Source of the DNA: a virus
Lineage: Duplodnaviria > Caudoviricetes
Length of the DNA: 32,808 nucleotides
Virus record (IMG/VR): IMGVR_UViG_3300036815_000072
Span: 1-32,808 of that record
Strand: one strand, 5' to 3'
This document shows, one piece after another, positions 8,041 to 15,214 of the stretch. Positions within the stretch are counted from its first letter, which is position 1. The number at the start of each line of letters is the position of its first letter. The position numbers and the translations under genes were made by a program. Below the pieces are notes generated by a model. That model was not told the DNA's origin. It ran no database searches and saw nothing but the letters and a program-made list of their open reading frames with translations.

Positions 8041-8798
8041 GGCTCCTTGTAATCGACATAGAGACCACGCCTTTCCTTTCCTACGGATTCAAGCAGTGGC
8101 AGACAAATATCTATCCGGCCCAGGTGGTCAAGGTCCCTGAAGTCCTGTGCTTCGCGTGGAAGTGGCATGGTAGCTCAGGGCCGGTTGATTTCATTGCAGG
8201 TGATAACCACCCCAGCGCGGGCTATACCGATGACCTCATGGCAGCCCAGGCACAGGATCTTCTGTCGGCTGCGGACGCGGTTGTCACCTTCAATGGGGAT
8301 CACTTTGATATCCCGCACCTGAACAGGATGATACGGGCGCATGGCCTCGCGCCTCCATCGCCTTACCGGAGCGTTGACCTGCGCAAGACCGTCAAGGCCA
8401 AGTTCCTCTATCCCTATGCCTCACTCGACTACGTGTGTTCCGAGGCTGGCATAGGAACCAAGGTCAAGCATCCCGGGCTGCCCATGTGGATTGGGTGCAT
8501 GGAAGGTGACCCTAAAGCGTGGGCCAAGATGTCCCACTATAACAAGCACGACGTGAGGCTCACAGATAGGCTCTACGACTACTTGCTGCCCTGGATACCC
8601 AGCCATCCCAACATGGCGCTTACGGATGACCTGGGCGCCGGTCACTGCCCCCGCTGCGGCTCCGCAGAGCTGATCAAGCAGGGCTTCAAGATGACGAAGA
8701 CGCGCGTATATCAGCGCTATCAGTGCAAGAGCTGCGGCACGTGGAGTAGCGGCACGCGGAGCATTGAAGGCAGCGAGATCACCGATGCAGCGGCATGA
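8037..8798 (+). CDS. DnaQ/RNase H-like 3'-5' exonuclease with C-terminal zinc ribbon
   Basis: ExoI VIDIET, ExoII TFNGDHFD, ExoIII YNKHDV; CPRCG...YQCKSCG. Confidence 0.85.
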   Translation: MRLLVIDIETTPFLSYGFKQWQTNIYPAQVVKVPEVLCFAWKWHGSSGPVDFIAGDNHPSAGYTDDLMAAQAQDLLSAADAVVTFNGDHFDIPHLNRMIRAHGLAPPSPYRSVDLRKTVKAKFLYPYASLDYVCSEAGIGTKVKHPGLPMWIGCMEGDPKAWAKMSHYNKHDVRLTDRLYDYLLPWIPSHPNMALTDDLGAGHCPRCGSAELIKQGFKMTKTRVYQRYQCKSCGTWSSGTRSIEGSEITDAAA

Positions 8799-8940
8799 CC
8801 ATGTACGCAACGGGATTGCCCCGGTGAAGGGCTGCGAAATCTGTGACCTGATCGTGCGCGCCGTCAAGAGCGACGAGGAAAAAGAGCCAGATGGCCGCAT
8901 GCCCCCATGGCTCTGGAATCCAGGCCGGGAGGGTAAATGA
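8785..8940 (+). CDS. small hypothetical protein (51 aa)
   Basis: Manual translation MQRHDHVRNG...GCEICDL...REGK; stop overlaps the methylase ATG. Confidence 0.45.
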   Translation: MQRHDHVRNGIAPVKGCEICDLIVRAVKSDEEKEPDGRMPPWLWNPGREGK

Positions 8941-9680
8941 GGTACGTCGGCGGCAAGAGCAAGATCGCAGGCAAAATTGCAAATACTATCCTTGCCCATT
9001 CAGACAGGAGAGTTGCATACCTTGAACCGTTCGTAGGTGGGGGGGCGGTATTCGCCAAGCTGGGTGATCATTTCCTTAGTAGCGCGTGCGGCGACACCTC
9101 GGCAGATTTGATTCTTATGTGGCAAGCGCTGGCTAATGGCTGGACACCGCCGACCAAGATATCGGAAAATGAATATCGGCTCCTTAAGGGCGCGGACCCC
9201 TCCCCGTTGCGTGGGCTTGCTGGCTTTGGTGGATCGTTCGGCGGCAAGTGGTTTGGTGGCTACGCCAGAGGTGGATATAGCTCTGACGGTACCCCTCGCA
9301 ATCACTTCGGAGAATCCACCCGCGCTGCTACTCGCATAGCTAAGTCAATGAAAGGGGCTAATATCGAGTGCAAAGACTACTCTGCGTGGAACGTGAATGA
9401 TTCCATGGTGGTCTACTGTGACCCACCTTACGCAGACACGCAGGACTATGACGCGATAGACCATTTCAGTCGTCGTAGATTCTGGCATGTCGTGGACGAA
9501 TGGGCAGAGACCGGAGCGTTTGTTTACGTATCGGAATATAAAGCACCTTCGCACTGGAAAGCGCTCGCAGAGTTCCCGCATAGATTGAGTCTAACTAAAC
9601 CAGATCAGGGTAGAGGTATGCGAATGGAGCGCCTGTTTATCCCTGAGTGTCAGCTTTCAAGTGGACGGCAGGCAGCATGA
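8937..9680 (+). CDS. DNA adenine methyltransferase (D12/Dam class), orphan
   Basis: RYVGGKS, EPFVGGGAV (SAM binding), YCDPPY (catalytic motif IV). Confidence 0.9.
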   Translation: MRYVGGKSKIAGKIANTILAHSDRRVAYLEPFVGGGAVFAKLGDHFLSSACGDTSADLILMWQALANGWTPPTKISENEYRLLKGADPSPLRGLAGFGGSFGGKWFGGYARGGYSSDGTPRNHFGESTRAATRIAKSMKGANIECKDYSAWNVNDSMVVYCDPPYADTQDYDAIDHFSRRRFWHVVDEWAETGAFVYVSEYKAPSHWKALAEFPHRLSLTKPDQGRGMRMERLFIPECQLSSGRQAA

Positions 9681-9904
9681 TATGCGAATGGTGCCGGGTC
9701 GCTGGCCAGATCTTGGAGCGCAATCATGGTGATGATGCCTTCAAGGGAGCCATCACGGAAGCGCACAAAAGATGCACGACACGGTGTGACTGCCAGCATC
9801 AAGCGTCTTCTGGTCTCAATAGTCTTCTGGTGGTACCTCGCACTGAGACCGGCGAAGAGGAAGGCGCACAACCACCACCGGGGGCCGTTTGTGGGGAAGC
9901 TTGA
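9677..9904 (+). CDS. Cys/His-rich hypothetical protein
   Basis: ATGA overlap; MICEWC...HKRC..RCDCQH. Confidence 0.55.
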   Translation: MICEWCRVAGQILERNHGDDAFKGAITEAHKRCTTRCDCQHQASSGLNSLLVVPRTETGEEEGAQPPPGAVCGEA

Positions 9905-10091
9905 GCCCGCGGGGAAAGCGATCACCTCTGCCGCAGCCCATGCGCAAGAGTTGTGTGATGCCTGCCACGCCACCGAAGCCAAGTTCAGGGTCCTGATTTC
10001 CCGGGATAATGATTTGTTCCTGTGCGGGCACCATTTCCGCAAGCACCGTCTGTCAATCGGAATGCACGGCTACGAAGTAAGGGAGCTGTAG
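9785..10091 (+). CDS. small zinc-binding protein (CDxC...LFLCGHH, actinobacterial type); start approximate
   Basis: CDACHATEAKFRVL...DLFLCGHHFRKH in the 9726..10091 frame. Confidence 0.55.
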
Positions 10092-10444
10092 TGAGCCAGA
10101 CAATCACTCACCGCCTGGAAGGCGTTGTGAAGGCGAAGCTTAAGAGCGTTGCCCTTTCCCAGTCACATGAGTTCGATGTCAGTGCGTGCTATGCCCCGGT
10201 GATCGACCAGAGCGGCCAGCCTACTGGCCTTGGTCACTCGTGGCTGCTTACCGTCTCGATTCCCAACCCACTGCTTGGCAATCCTGCTATCGCTGTGTCG
10301 CTGCCCATCAACGGCGTTGCGCCGCCGCAGCAGATCTTTGAGCAGTGCGCCGAGTTCCTTTTTCAGAAGTGCATGGAGGAAAAAGACAAGCTTATGAAAA
10401 AGCCTGCTGCGGTCGGGATGGACCTGACAGGAGCCGTGAAGTGA
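10091..10444 (+). CDS. hypothetical protein
   Basis: GTG overlapping the upstream TAG, AGGGAG RBS. Confidence 0.65.
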   Translation: MSQTITHRLEGVVKAKLKSVALSQSHEFDVSACYAPVIDQSGQPTGLGHSWLLTVSIPNPLLGNPAIAVSLPINGVAPPQQIFEQCAEFLFQKCMEEKDKLMKKPAAVGMDLTGAVK

Positions 10445-10584
10445 TCAGCGAAGAGGGGATCAAGCGGATTGCCAAGACGGCCTCCGATCTGTACACGGCC
10501 CTGACGGAGGATGAAGACTTCACGCCAGAGTTTGCGATGAAGCTCACCGCCGCCGCGATGCCTGCATTGGTGGGCCGGGTATGA
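10441..10584 (+). CDS. small hypothetical protein
   Basis: GTGA overlap; MISEEGIKRIAKTASDLY... Confidence 0.55.
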   Translation: MISEEGIKRIAKTASDLYTALTEDEDFTPEFAMKLTAAAMPALVGRV

Positions 10585-10745
10585 ACGTCAAGCGTACCGA
10601 AGAGGTCAGGTACACCATAGAGCTAACCCAGGATGAGGCGCGATGCGTCTACGTTGAGGCCGCTTTGACTCCTAAGCCGACACCGACACTAGGAGTGCTG
10701 GCCAGGAAAATCCGCGCCGCGGCGGGAAGTGAGTTCAGTATATGA
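10581..10745 (+). CDS. small hypothetical protein (54 aa)
   Basis: Manual translation MNVKRTEEVRYTIELTQDEARCV...; ATGA overlaps at both ends. Confidence 0.55.
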   Translation: MNVKRTEEVRYTIELTQDEARCVYVEAALTPKPTPTLGVLARKIRAAAGSEFSI

Positions 10746-11404
10746 CCACCTACTACCTGAGTGGCCCCATGCGCGGGAAGCCCGATTACAACTACCCCGT
10801 CTTCAATGCCGTGCAAAAGGCGCTGTTCGATTCTCTCGCGGAGGTGGAGGGTTGCAGCTTTGAGATCCTGAACCCTGCCAGCAACTTTGACGGCGATAGT
10901 ACGCGCTCCGTGTATGAGTACATGCAGGTTGACTTTGAGCAAGTGCTCAAGGCTGATGTGATCGTGCTCTTGCCTGGCTGGGAATCCAGCGAGGGTGCCA
11001 CGCGGGAAGTACAGATTGCCACGTGGACTGGCAAGCGGTTCATGACGGCTGATCCGATTGGGAGTGGCCGGTACGGCTGGGCGTTCACCGAAGCGGACAT
11101 GGCGAACCGTGACAACTCGCCGCGCGAGGCCGCACTAACCGAGGCAACGCAGCTCATCACCGGAGACCGTAACAACCAGTACGGGCCACCGACACAGGAC
11201 TTTCAGCGCACTGCCGACATGGCCAATGGCTTTGGGTTCCAGGTTAATGGCAGTCCCTTGCAGGGGCATCACGTGGCCGTATTCCAGATCTTGCTGAAGA
11301 TGTCACGCCTGGCCTGGACGCCAGCCAAGCGTGACTCATGGGTGGACACGGCGGGATATGCCGGTTGCGGATATGAATGCGCAGTGGAAGAGGCGAAGGC
11401 ATGA
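10742..11404 (+). CDS. DUF4406 (nucleoside deoxyribosyltransferase-like) + DUF6378 fusion
   Basis: N-term YLSGPMRG.PDYNYP.F...NPA...LLPGWESSEGATRE; C-term DRNNQYG.P..DF..TA...LLKMSR...DSWVDTAGYA. Confidence 0.75.
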   Translation: MTTYYLSGPMRGKPDYNYPVFNAVQKALFDSLAEVEGCSFEILNPASNFDGDSTRSVYEYMQVDFEQVLKADVIVLLPGWESSEGATREVQIATWTGKRFMTADPIGSGRYGWAFTEADMANRDNSPREAALTEATQLITGDRNNQYGPPTQDFQRTADMANGFGFQVNGSPLQGHHVAVFQILLKMSRLAWTPAKRDSWVDTAGYAGCGYECAVEEAKA

Positions 11405-11502
11405 ACAACTGGATTGTCCATGGAACCTGGTATGCGCTCTTGATCAATGACATGTTTGTGATCTGGGTTTATGAGTGGTGGCATAAGCGTGTCAAGTGGT
11501 GA
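11401..11502 (+). CDS. small hydrophobic peptide (33 aa)
   Basis: MNNWIVHGTWYALLINDMFVIWVYEWWHKRVKW; ATGA overlap. Confidence 0.4.
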   Translation: MNNWIVHGTWYALLINDMFVIWVYEWWHKRVKW

Positions 11503-11614
11503 CCAAGCCTGGATTGAGTTCCAGCTCTTGCTACTCGACCACGGCGCACAGATCCGTGATGAGATCCCCGACGCAGATGTATGGGCTGACATTGAGACGA
11601 GGCTGACTCAGTGA
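11489..11614 (+). CDS. small hypothetical protein (41 aa)
   Basis: GTG start; stop overlaps the next GTG (GTGA). Confidence 0.4.
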   Translation: MSSGDQAWIEFQLLLLDHGAQIRDEIPDADVWADIETRLTQ

Positions 11615-11871
11615 CCTGCTGCGAGTATAAGCCGACGCAAGGCCAGTACCACTGTGCTAATTGCTGCCAGACCTTTGGCACGCTGGCACTGTTCGATCAG
11701 CACCAGGTTGTCCGCTACTCGCCTCCCGCTAGGCTGGTCTGCCGCAGCCCTGAGAAGCTTCGTGGCGTCATCAGGGATGAGCACGGGGTCTGGCGCACGG
11801 CTGAGAACGCCGAGGCCATCGCGCGCCGCCTGAGCGCCATGGAGGAAGGGCGCCGCAGGGGGGCCGTGTAA
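11611..11871 (+). CDS. FDXHR-like zinc-binding protein
   Basis: HCANCCQTFGTLALFDQHQ...C..P. Confidence 0.65.
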   Translation: MTCCEYKPTQGQYHCANCCQTFGTLALFDQHQVVRYSPPARLVCRSPEKLRGVIRDEHGVWRTAENAEAIARRLSAMEEGRRRGAV

Positions 11872-11886
11872 GGGCACAGAGACCAC

Positions 11887-11926
11887 GAGAGGACCCACCC
11901 GGTACGGTCGGGTGGGTCCTCTCTTT
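11887..11926 (+). terminator. intrinsic terminator between convergent operons
   Basis: GAGAGGACCCACCCG/CGGGTGGGTCCTCTC 15-bp stem followed by TT; starts 15 bp after the last plus-strand stop. Confidence 0.8.
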
Positions 11927-11997
11927 GCTCCCCGTCAGAGTCCTTACACGGCGATCCGGGCCAGCTAAAAGATCCGCGCCCAGCCAGCCATAGCGCG

Positions 11998-12315
11998 CTA
12001 GCCCGGATTCTTGCCTGGCTGTCTCGGCCGTATCAGGACCCCCCGGAGCAAATTCGGCATGTGGCACGGGCACCGGCATGGGTTGGGCCACGCCTGGCCA
12101 CATCCGAGGCACGTCCAGAACTTCCCATTCCAGTGATGTGCGACCACTGGCCCGTGAGGATCGGCAGCGTCAAGCTTGAATCGCAGCTCAGCAATAGTCC
12201 CTCCCCTGACGGTAACGCGCCCATCCGACGCCACAAAGGTATTCCCGTCCCGGTTCACATGCCAGAGCGGGTGCATGACCTTGAGGCGTGCGATCTGCGC
12301 CGCGGGCGGGATCAT
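11998..12315 (-). CDS. 'LKxx(H/F)PxW' paralog 3 with C-terminal Cys cluster
   Basis: PAAQIARLKVMHPLW...TIAELRFKL; CLGC...CRCPCH. Confidence 0.6.
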   Translation of the reverse strand: MIPPAAQIARLKVMHPLWHVNRDGNTFVASDGRVTVRGGTIAELRFKLDAADPHGPVVAHHWNGKFWTCLGCGQAWPNPCRCPCHMPNLLRGVLIRPRQPGKNPG

Positions 12316-12479
12316 AGCCCCTCTTCCCTAATGCGGGCCAGGAACGCAGCCCAGTCCTCACGGCCGATTGCCAGCCGCGGGCCGTCCGGGTCCTTGGAGT
12401 CGCGGACCAGGACGCGGGGGCCGAGATCGACCTCAACGCAGCACCCGTGAGGATTGCTGTAACTGGACTTCCTCCACAT
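12312..12479 (-). CDS. DUF397 (BldB-like) protein
   Basis: MWRKSSYS...CVEV...VLVRDSKDPDGPRLAI...WAAFL is the DUF397 signature; start placed at ATG 12479. Confidence 0.92.
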   Translation of the reverse strand: MWRKSSYSNPHGCCVEVDLGPRVLVRDSKDPDGPRLAIGREDWAAFLARIREEGL

Positions 12480-12486
12480 GGCAGAC

Positions 12487-12693
12487 CTACCCCCTTGTCC
12501 TTGCGAGTTTGCTATGGCGCCACGCGGCCTCGTTGAGGGAGATTTCCAGTTCGGATACCGATGCAGCCTTGATTTCACTGGGCTGTGTACGGTGGCGTGC
12601 CCAGAAGACAGAACCCCAGGACTCCCCGGAAATCTCCCACTGCGGAAACTCACACTTCAAGCGTGCGAGGTGCGCCGCGGGTGTTCGGCTCAA
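12487..12693 (-). CDS. 'LKxx(H/F)PxW' paralog 2
   Basis: PAAHLARLKCEFPQW...FWA...IKAASVSELEISL. Confidence 0.65.
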   Translation of the reverse strand: MSRTPAAHLARLKCEFPQWEISGESWGSVFWARHRTQPSEIKAASVSELEISLNEAAWRHSKLARTRG

Positions 12694-13064
12694 TCTCCAC
12701 CTCCAAATCCTTGCCGCTCGCGTTCGGCTGCCTCTACCTTGGCTTCAAGGACTTCGGCAGTCGTCGCCTCTATGAGGGGACTGGCCCATGAGGAACAAGC
12801 CCACCATGCCCCGGTATGGTCCCCGCGCCAGAAGGCCCATGCGGGGTGACGGGCCTTCAGTGCGCGTAGTTCGATCTCTTCGCTAAGTTCAGCGTCGGGA
12901 ATGGGGGTAACCGGATCGTCTAGTTCCGAGTCAGGAATGCCTGGCCCCGATGACCAGGCACCGCGACTGTCGGTGCTCACGGCGATCTCGTCTTTGGGCA
13001 CAACGTCATCCGGTACGCCCGTGGGCACCTCTCCCGGTTCATCCTCTACGGACTGTTCAGTCAC
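12690..13064 (-). CDS. 'LKxx(H/F)PxW' paralog 1 with acidic N-terminus
   Basis: LRALKARHPAWAFWRG...WWA...IEATTAEVLEAKV. Confidence 0.65.
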   Translation of the reverse strand: MTEQSVEDEPGEVPTGVPDDVVPKDEIAVSTDSRGAWSSGPGIPDSELDDPVTPIPDAELSEEIELRALKARHPAWAFWRGDHTGAWWACSSWASPLIEATTAEVLEAKVEAAERERQGFGGGD

Positions 13065-13495
13065 CCGAAGGCCCCCCTATTCTTGATGAGTACGGTGTTG
13101 GCGTCCACTGGCTGAATCTGCGAACCGTCCGCATGAACGAACTCCGCTACTGCCTTGGCTGCCACCATGGCAGCGGGAATGACCTGCGTCACTGTTACTG
13201 GCGCCGCCTTGCGGCGCGTCGGCTGCTTCGTTGTACCGTTCCGCTTGACGGTGCCACCGTTGACGGTCGCCCCTTCCCCTGGTGGCTGGAACGTCACCTC
13301 TGGGATGGCAGTCGTCTTGGGCTTACGTCCCCCGCGTCCCTTCGGTGGGGGCACTGCCCCCGGTGGCCTGCCTGGCAGATCGGGGCGCGGGTCGGTAACT
13401 GCTGACTCACTGCTGACTGGCTGCGGCGGCGCCGTCTCCCCGTTCCTGGGCTTGCGCGGCTTGGCCTTGCTCCGGTCGTAGACTCCTCTGGGCAT
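13061..13495 (-). CDS. basic, Pro-rich hypothetical protein (possible nucleic-acid binding)
   Basis: MPRGVYDRSKAKPRKPR start after GGAGGA RBS. Confidence 0.65.
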   Translation of the reverse strand: MPRGVYDRSKAKPRKPRNGETAPPQPVSSESAVTDPRPDLPGRPPGAVPPPKGRGGRKPKTTAIPEVTFQPPGEGATVNGGTVKRNGTTKQPTRRKAAPVTVTQVIPAAMVAAKAVAEFVHADGSQIQPVDANTVLIKNRGAFG

Positions 13496-13946
13496 GTTCT
13501 GCTTCCTCCCGCTCTCGCTGTTTCTTGCGGGCATTGTAGTCATTTTCGTACTGGCGTACATGCTTACGGTTAAGTTCTCTCCAAGCCTGCTTGCGGCAGC
13601 GCGTACACAGCTCACTGCGCTGCACGGCCCTGCGGTCACACTTGCGGCACCGCGGGCGCGGCGCGGACTGGTGGGGGATCAGTTCCCCTGAGTCCCTGAT
13701 CTCGCGGTAATGCTTGCGGCAGTAGTTTCGCCGGTAAATTACATACTGACAGCCGAACATAAAGTAGACACACTTGCCGGGCGGGATCATGACCTCACGC
13801 GGCTTGGTCCCAACCAGCCAGTCCAGCGTCAGGTCAGGCTCAGTGAGCCACGTCCGGGTACCTCCCACTCTGAGCGGGGCACCGGGCCTGACCCCGGCCC
13901 CCGCGCCGAAGGCCGGGGGCGGCGGCATGGCGTAAGCAACGGCCAT
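13407..13946 (-). CDS. Cys-rich putative zinc-finger protein
   Basis: C....GC......NYCRKHY and CRKC.......LCTRC; basic coiled-coil tail. Confidence 0.55.
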   Translation of the reverse strand: MAVAYAMPPPPAFGAGAGVRPGAPLRVGGTRTWLTEPDLTLDWLVGTKPREVMIPPGKCVYFMFGCQYVIYRRNYCRKHYREIRDSGELIPHQSAPRPRCRKCDRRAVQRSELCTRCRKQAWRELNRKHVRQYENDYNARKKQREREEAEHAQRSLRPEQGQAAQAQERGDGAAAASQQ

Positions 13947-14611
13947 CAGAGTTCATCCACGATTGTCTGTGCGATCTCTAGCTGGTCTTCTGGGAGGTGA
14001 GCAGAGGCGATGTAGCCGACAGTGGTTTCGTGGTGCGTCACGCGGTAAGGGCGCTCTGGGCAATACTCAAAACGGGCACCGGGGAAGGCTGCGGCGAAGG
14101 CGGCCCATATACCGTCATTGACGGCCAGGGGAAGGCGTGACCATCCCCACTCTTCGCCGCCGAACCGTGTTGCATAGGCAAGCATCAGATTCGCGGGACT
14201 GTCGGCCACTTGCCACTGTGTACGCTCCATGACCCACCAGGCCCCTTGGCGCTCAATACTGTCCAGCATGGCGAGAGAGTCAGAATAGGGCAGTTCATCG
14301 CACGAGACCAGGCCCTTGCCCGCGGTGAGCTTATACATGCCGTCCATCAGTTCACCGCCGTCTGGGTACTCGTCGCCAAGATCGGCATGCAGTGCCTTGT
14401 CGTCAGTCACGTTGACCATGACGTAGCGGTCACTGAGCCAGCGCTCTTCCCCGCGGACGGTCAGACTTGGTGCGACGGGTGGGCGCGTGAACAGGTGGCA
14501 CTTGCCAGGGTTGACCACTAGCAGGGTCCGCAAGCGCTGTATGGCCTTGCGCACCTCAAGGTCGGGTGCCAGTGACGGCGCCTCAACGTAGGCGTCGGTC
14601 CCTGCCATCAC
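13946..14611 (-). CDS. hypothetical protein
   Basis: 221 aa, overlapping start/stop with both neighbours. Confidence 0.7.
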   Translation of the reverse strand: MMAGTDAYVEAPSLAPDLEVRKAIQRLRTLLVVNPGKCHLFTRPPVAPSLTVRGEERWLSDRYVMVNVTDDKALHADLGDEYPDGGELMDGMYKLTAGKGLVSCDELPYSDSLAMLDSIERQGAWWVMERTQWQVADSPANLMLAYATRFGGEEWGWSRLPLAVNDGIWAAFAAAFPGARFEYCPERPYRVTHHETTVGYIASAHLPEDQLEIAQTIVDEL

Positions 14612-14826
14612 TCCCCCTTCCCTGTGTAGTCAAAGTTCACGCTGTCTGCCACGGCCATGAAGTCAGCAGGCGTGGCGATCATGTCTTGCCCCTCAAAGAC
14701 GCGGGCGTAGGTGCTGGCAAACTGCTCGCAGCGGTGTTCCGGCATGGCCTGCTCTTCGGCGTACTGGTACCCCCTGCCCCACAGGTCGTTATAGGAGTTG
14801 CGCGGCTGGTCGTGGTGGTCTGCCAT
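14608..14826 (-). CDS. hypothetical protein, first gene after the operator
   Basis: GAGGTGA RBS; 72 aa. Confidence 0.65.
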   Translation of the reverse strand: MADHHDQPRNSYNDLWGRGYQYAEEQAMPEHRCEQFASTYARVFEGQDMIATPADFMAVADSVNFDYTGKGE

Positions 14827-14847
14827 GCTCTGTCACCTCGTGAGTGT

Positions 14848-14862
14848 ACTTGGAAGTTGACA
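14848..14862 (-). promoter_or_regulatory. repressor operator/stoperator-like site TGTCAACTTCCAAGT
   Basis: Exact copy of the 15-mer, oriented with minus-strand transcription, 21 bp before ATG 14826. Confidence 0.75.
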
Positions 14863-14917
14863 CTCACGCTAGCCCCTGGTACACGGGGGGTTGCGGGATC
14901 AACTCACAGCGGCCGGA

Positions 14918-15214
14918 TCACCTTATTCTCCTGCGCAGCTCGCGCCCCCATGCCTCAGCCTTATAGCGCAGCCCGCGGGTCCAGAACCACCTGATGCGCC
15001 AGTAGTAGCTCTCGGTGCCCGGGTAATGGGGCCAGCCCGGGAACCGGGTCACCCTCATGCCGCAGGCGTTGCAGTGGTAGACATGCAGCCGCCTGAAGTG
15101 GCCGCCCGTTTCCTCGGCGGACACGTAGCCATTGCAGTGTCGGGGATGTCCCTCGGGAAGGGAACGCCCGGGGCAGCGGTGCGCCTTGTCGGTGTCAGCC
15201 CGCCAGATCATCAT
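14918..15214 (-). CDS. small Cys/His-rich protein coupled to the integrase
   Basis: ATGA overlap with the integrase stop; HRCPG...HC...HCNACG. Confidence 0.55.
   Translation of the reverse strand: MMIWRADTDKAHRCPGRSLPEGHPRHCNGYVSAEETGGHFRRLHVYHCNACGMRVTRFPGWPHYPGTESYYWRIRWFWTRGLRYKAEAWGRELRRRIR

Noticed and set aside
10742-11404. Z-genome (2-aminoadenine) or 7-deazaguanine modification pathway
   Set aside because: No PurZ, Que/Dpd genes or dedicated polymerase in the window.
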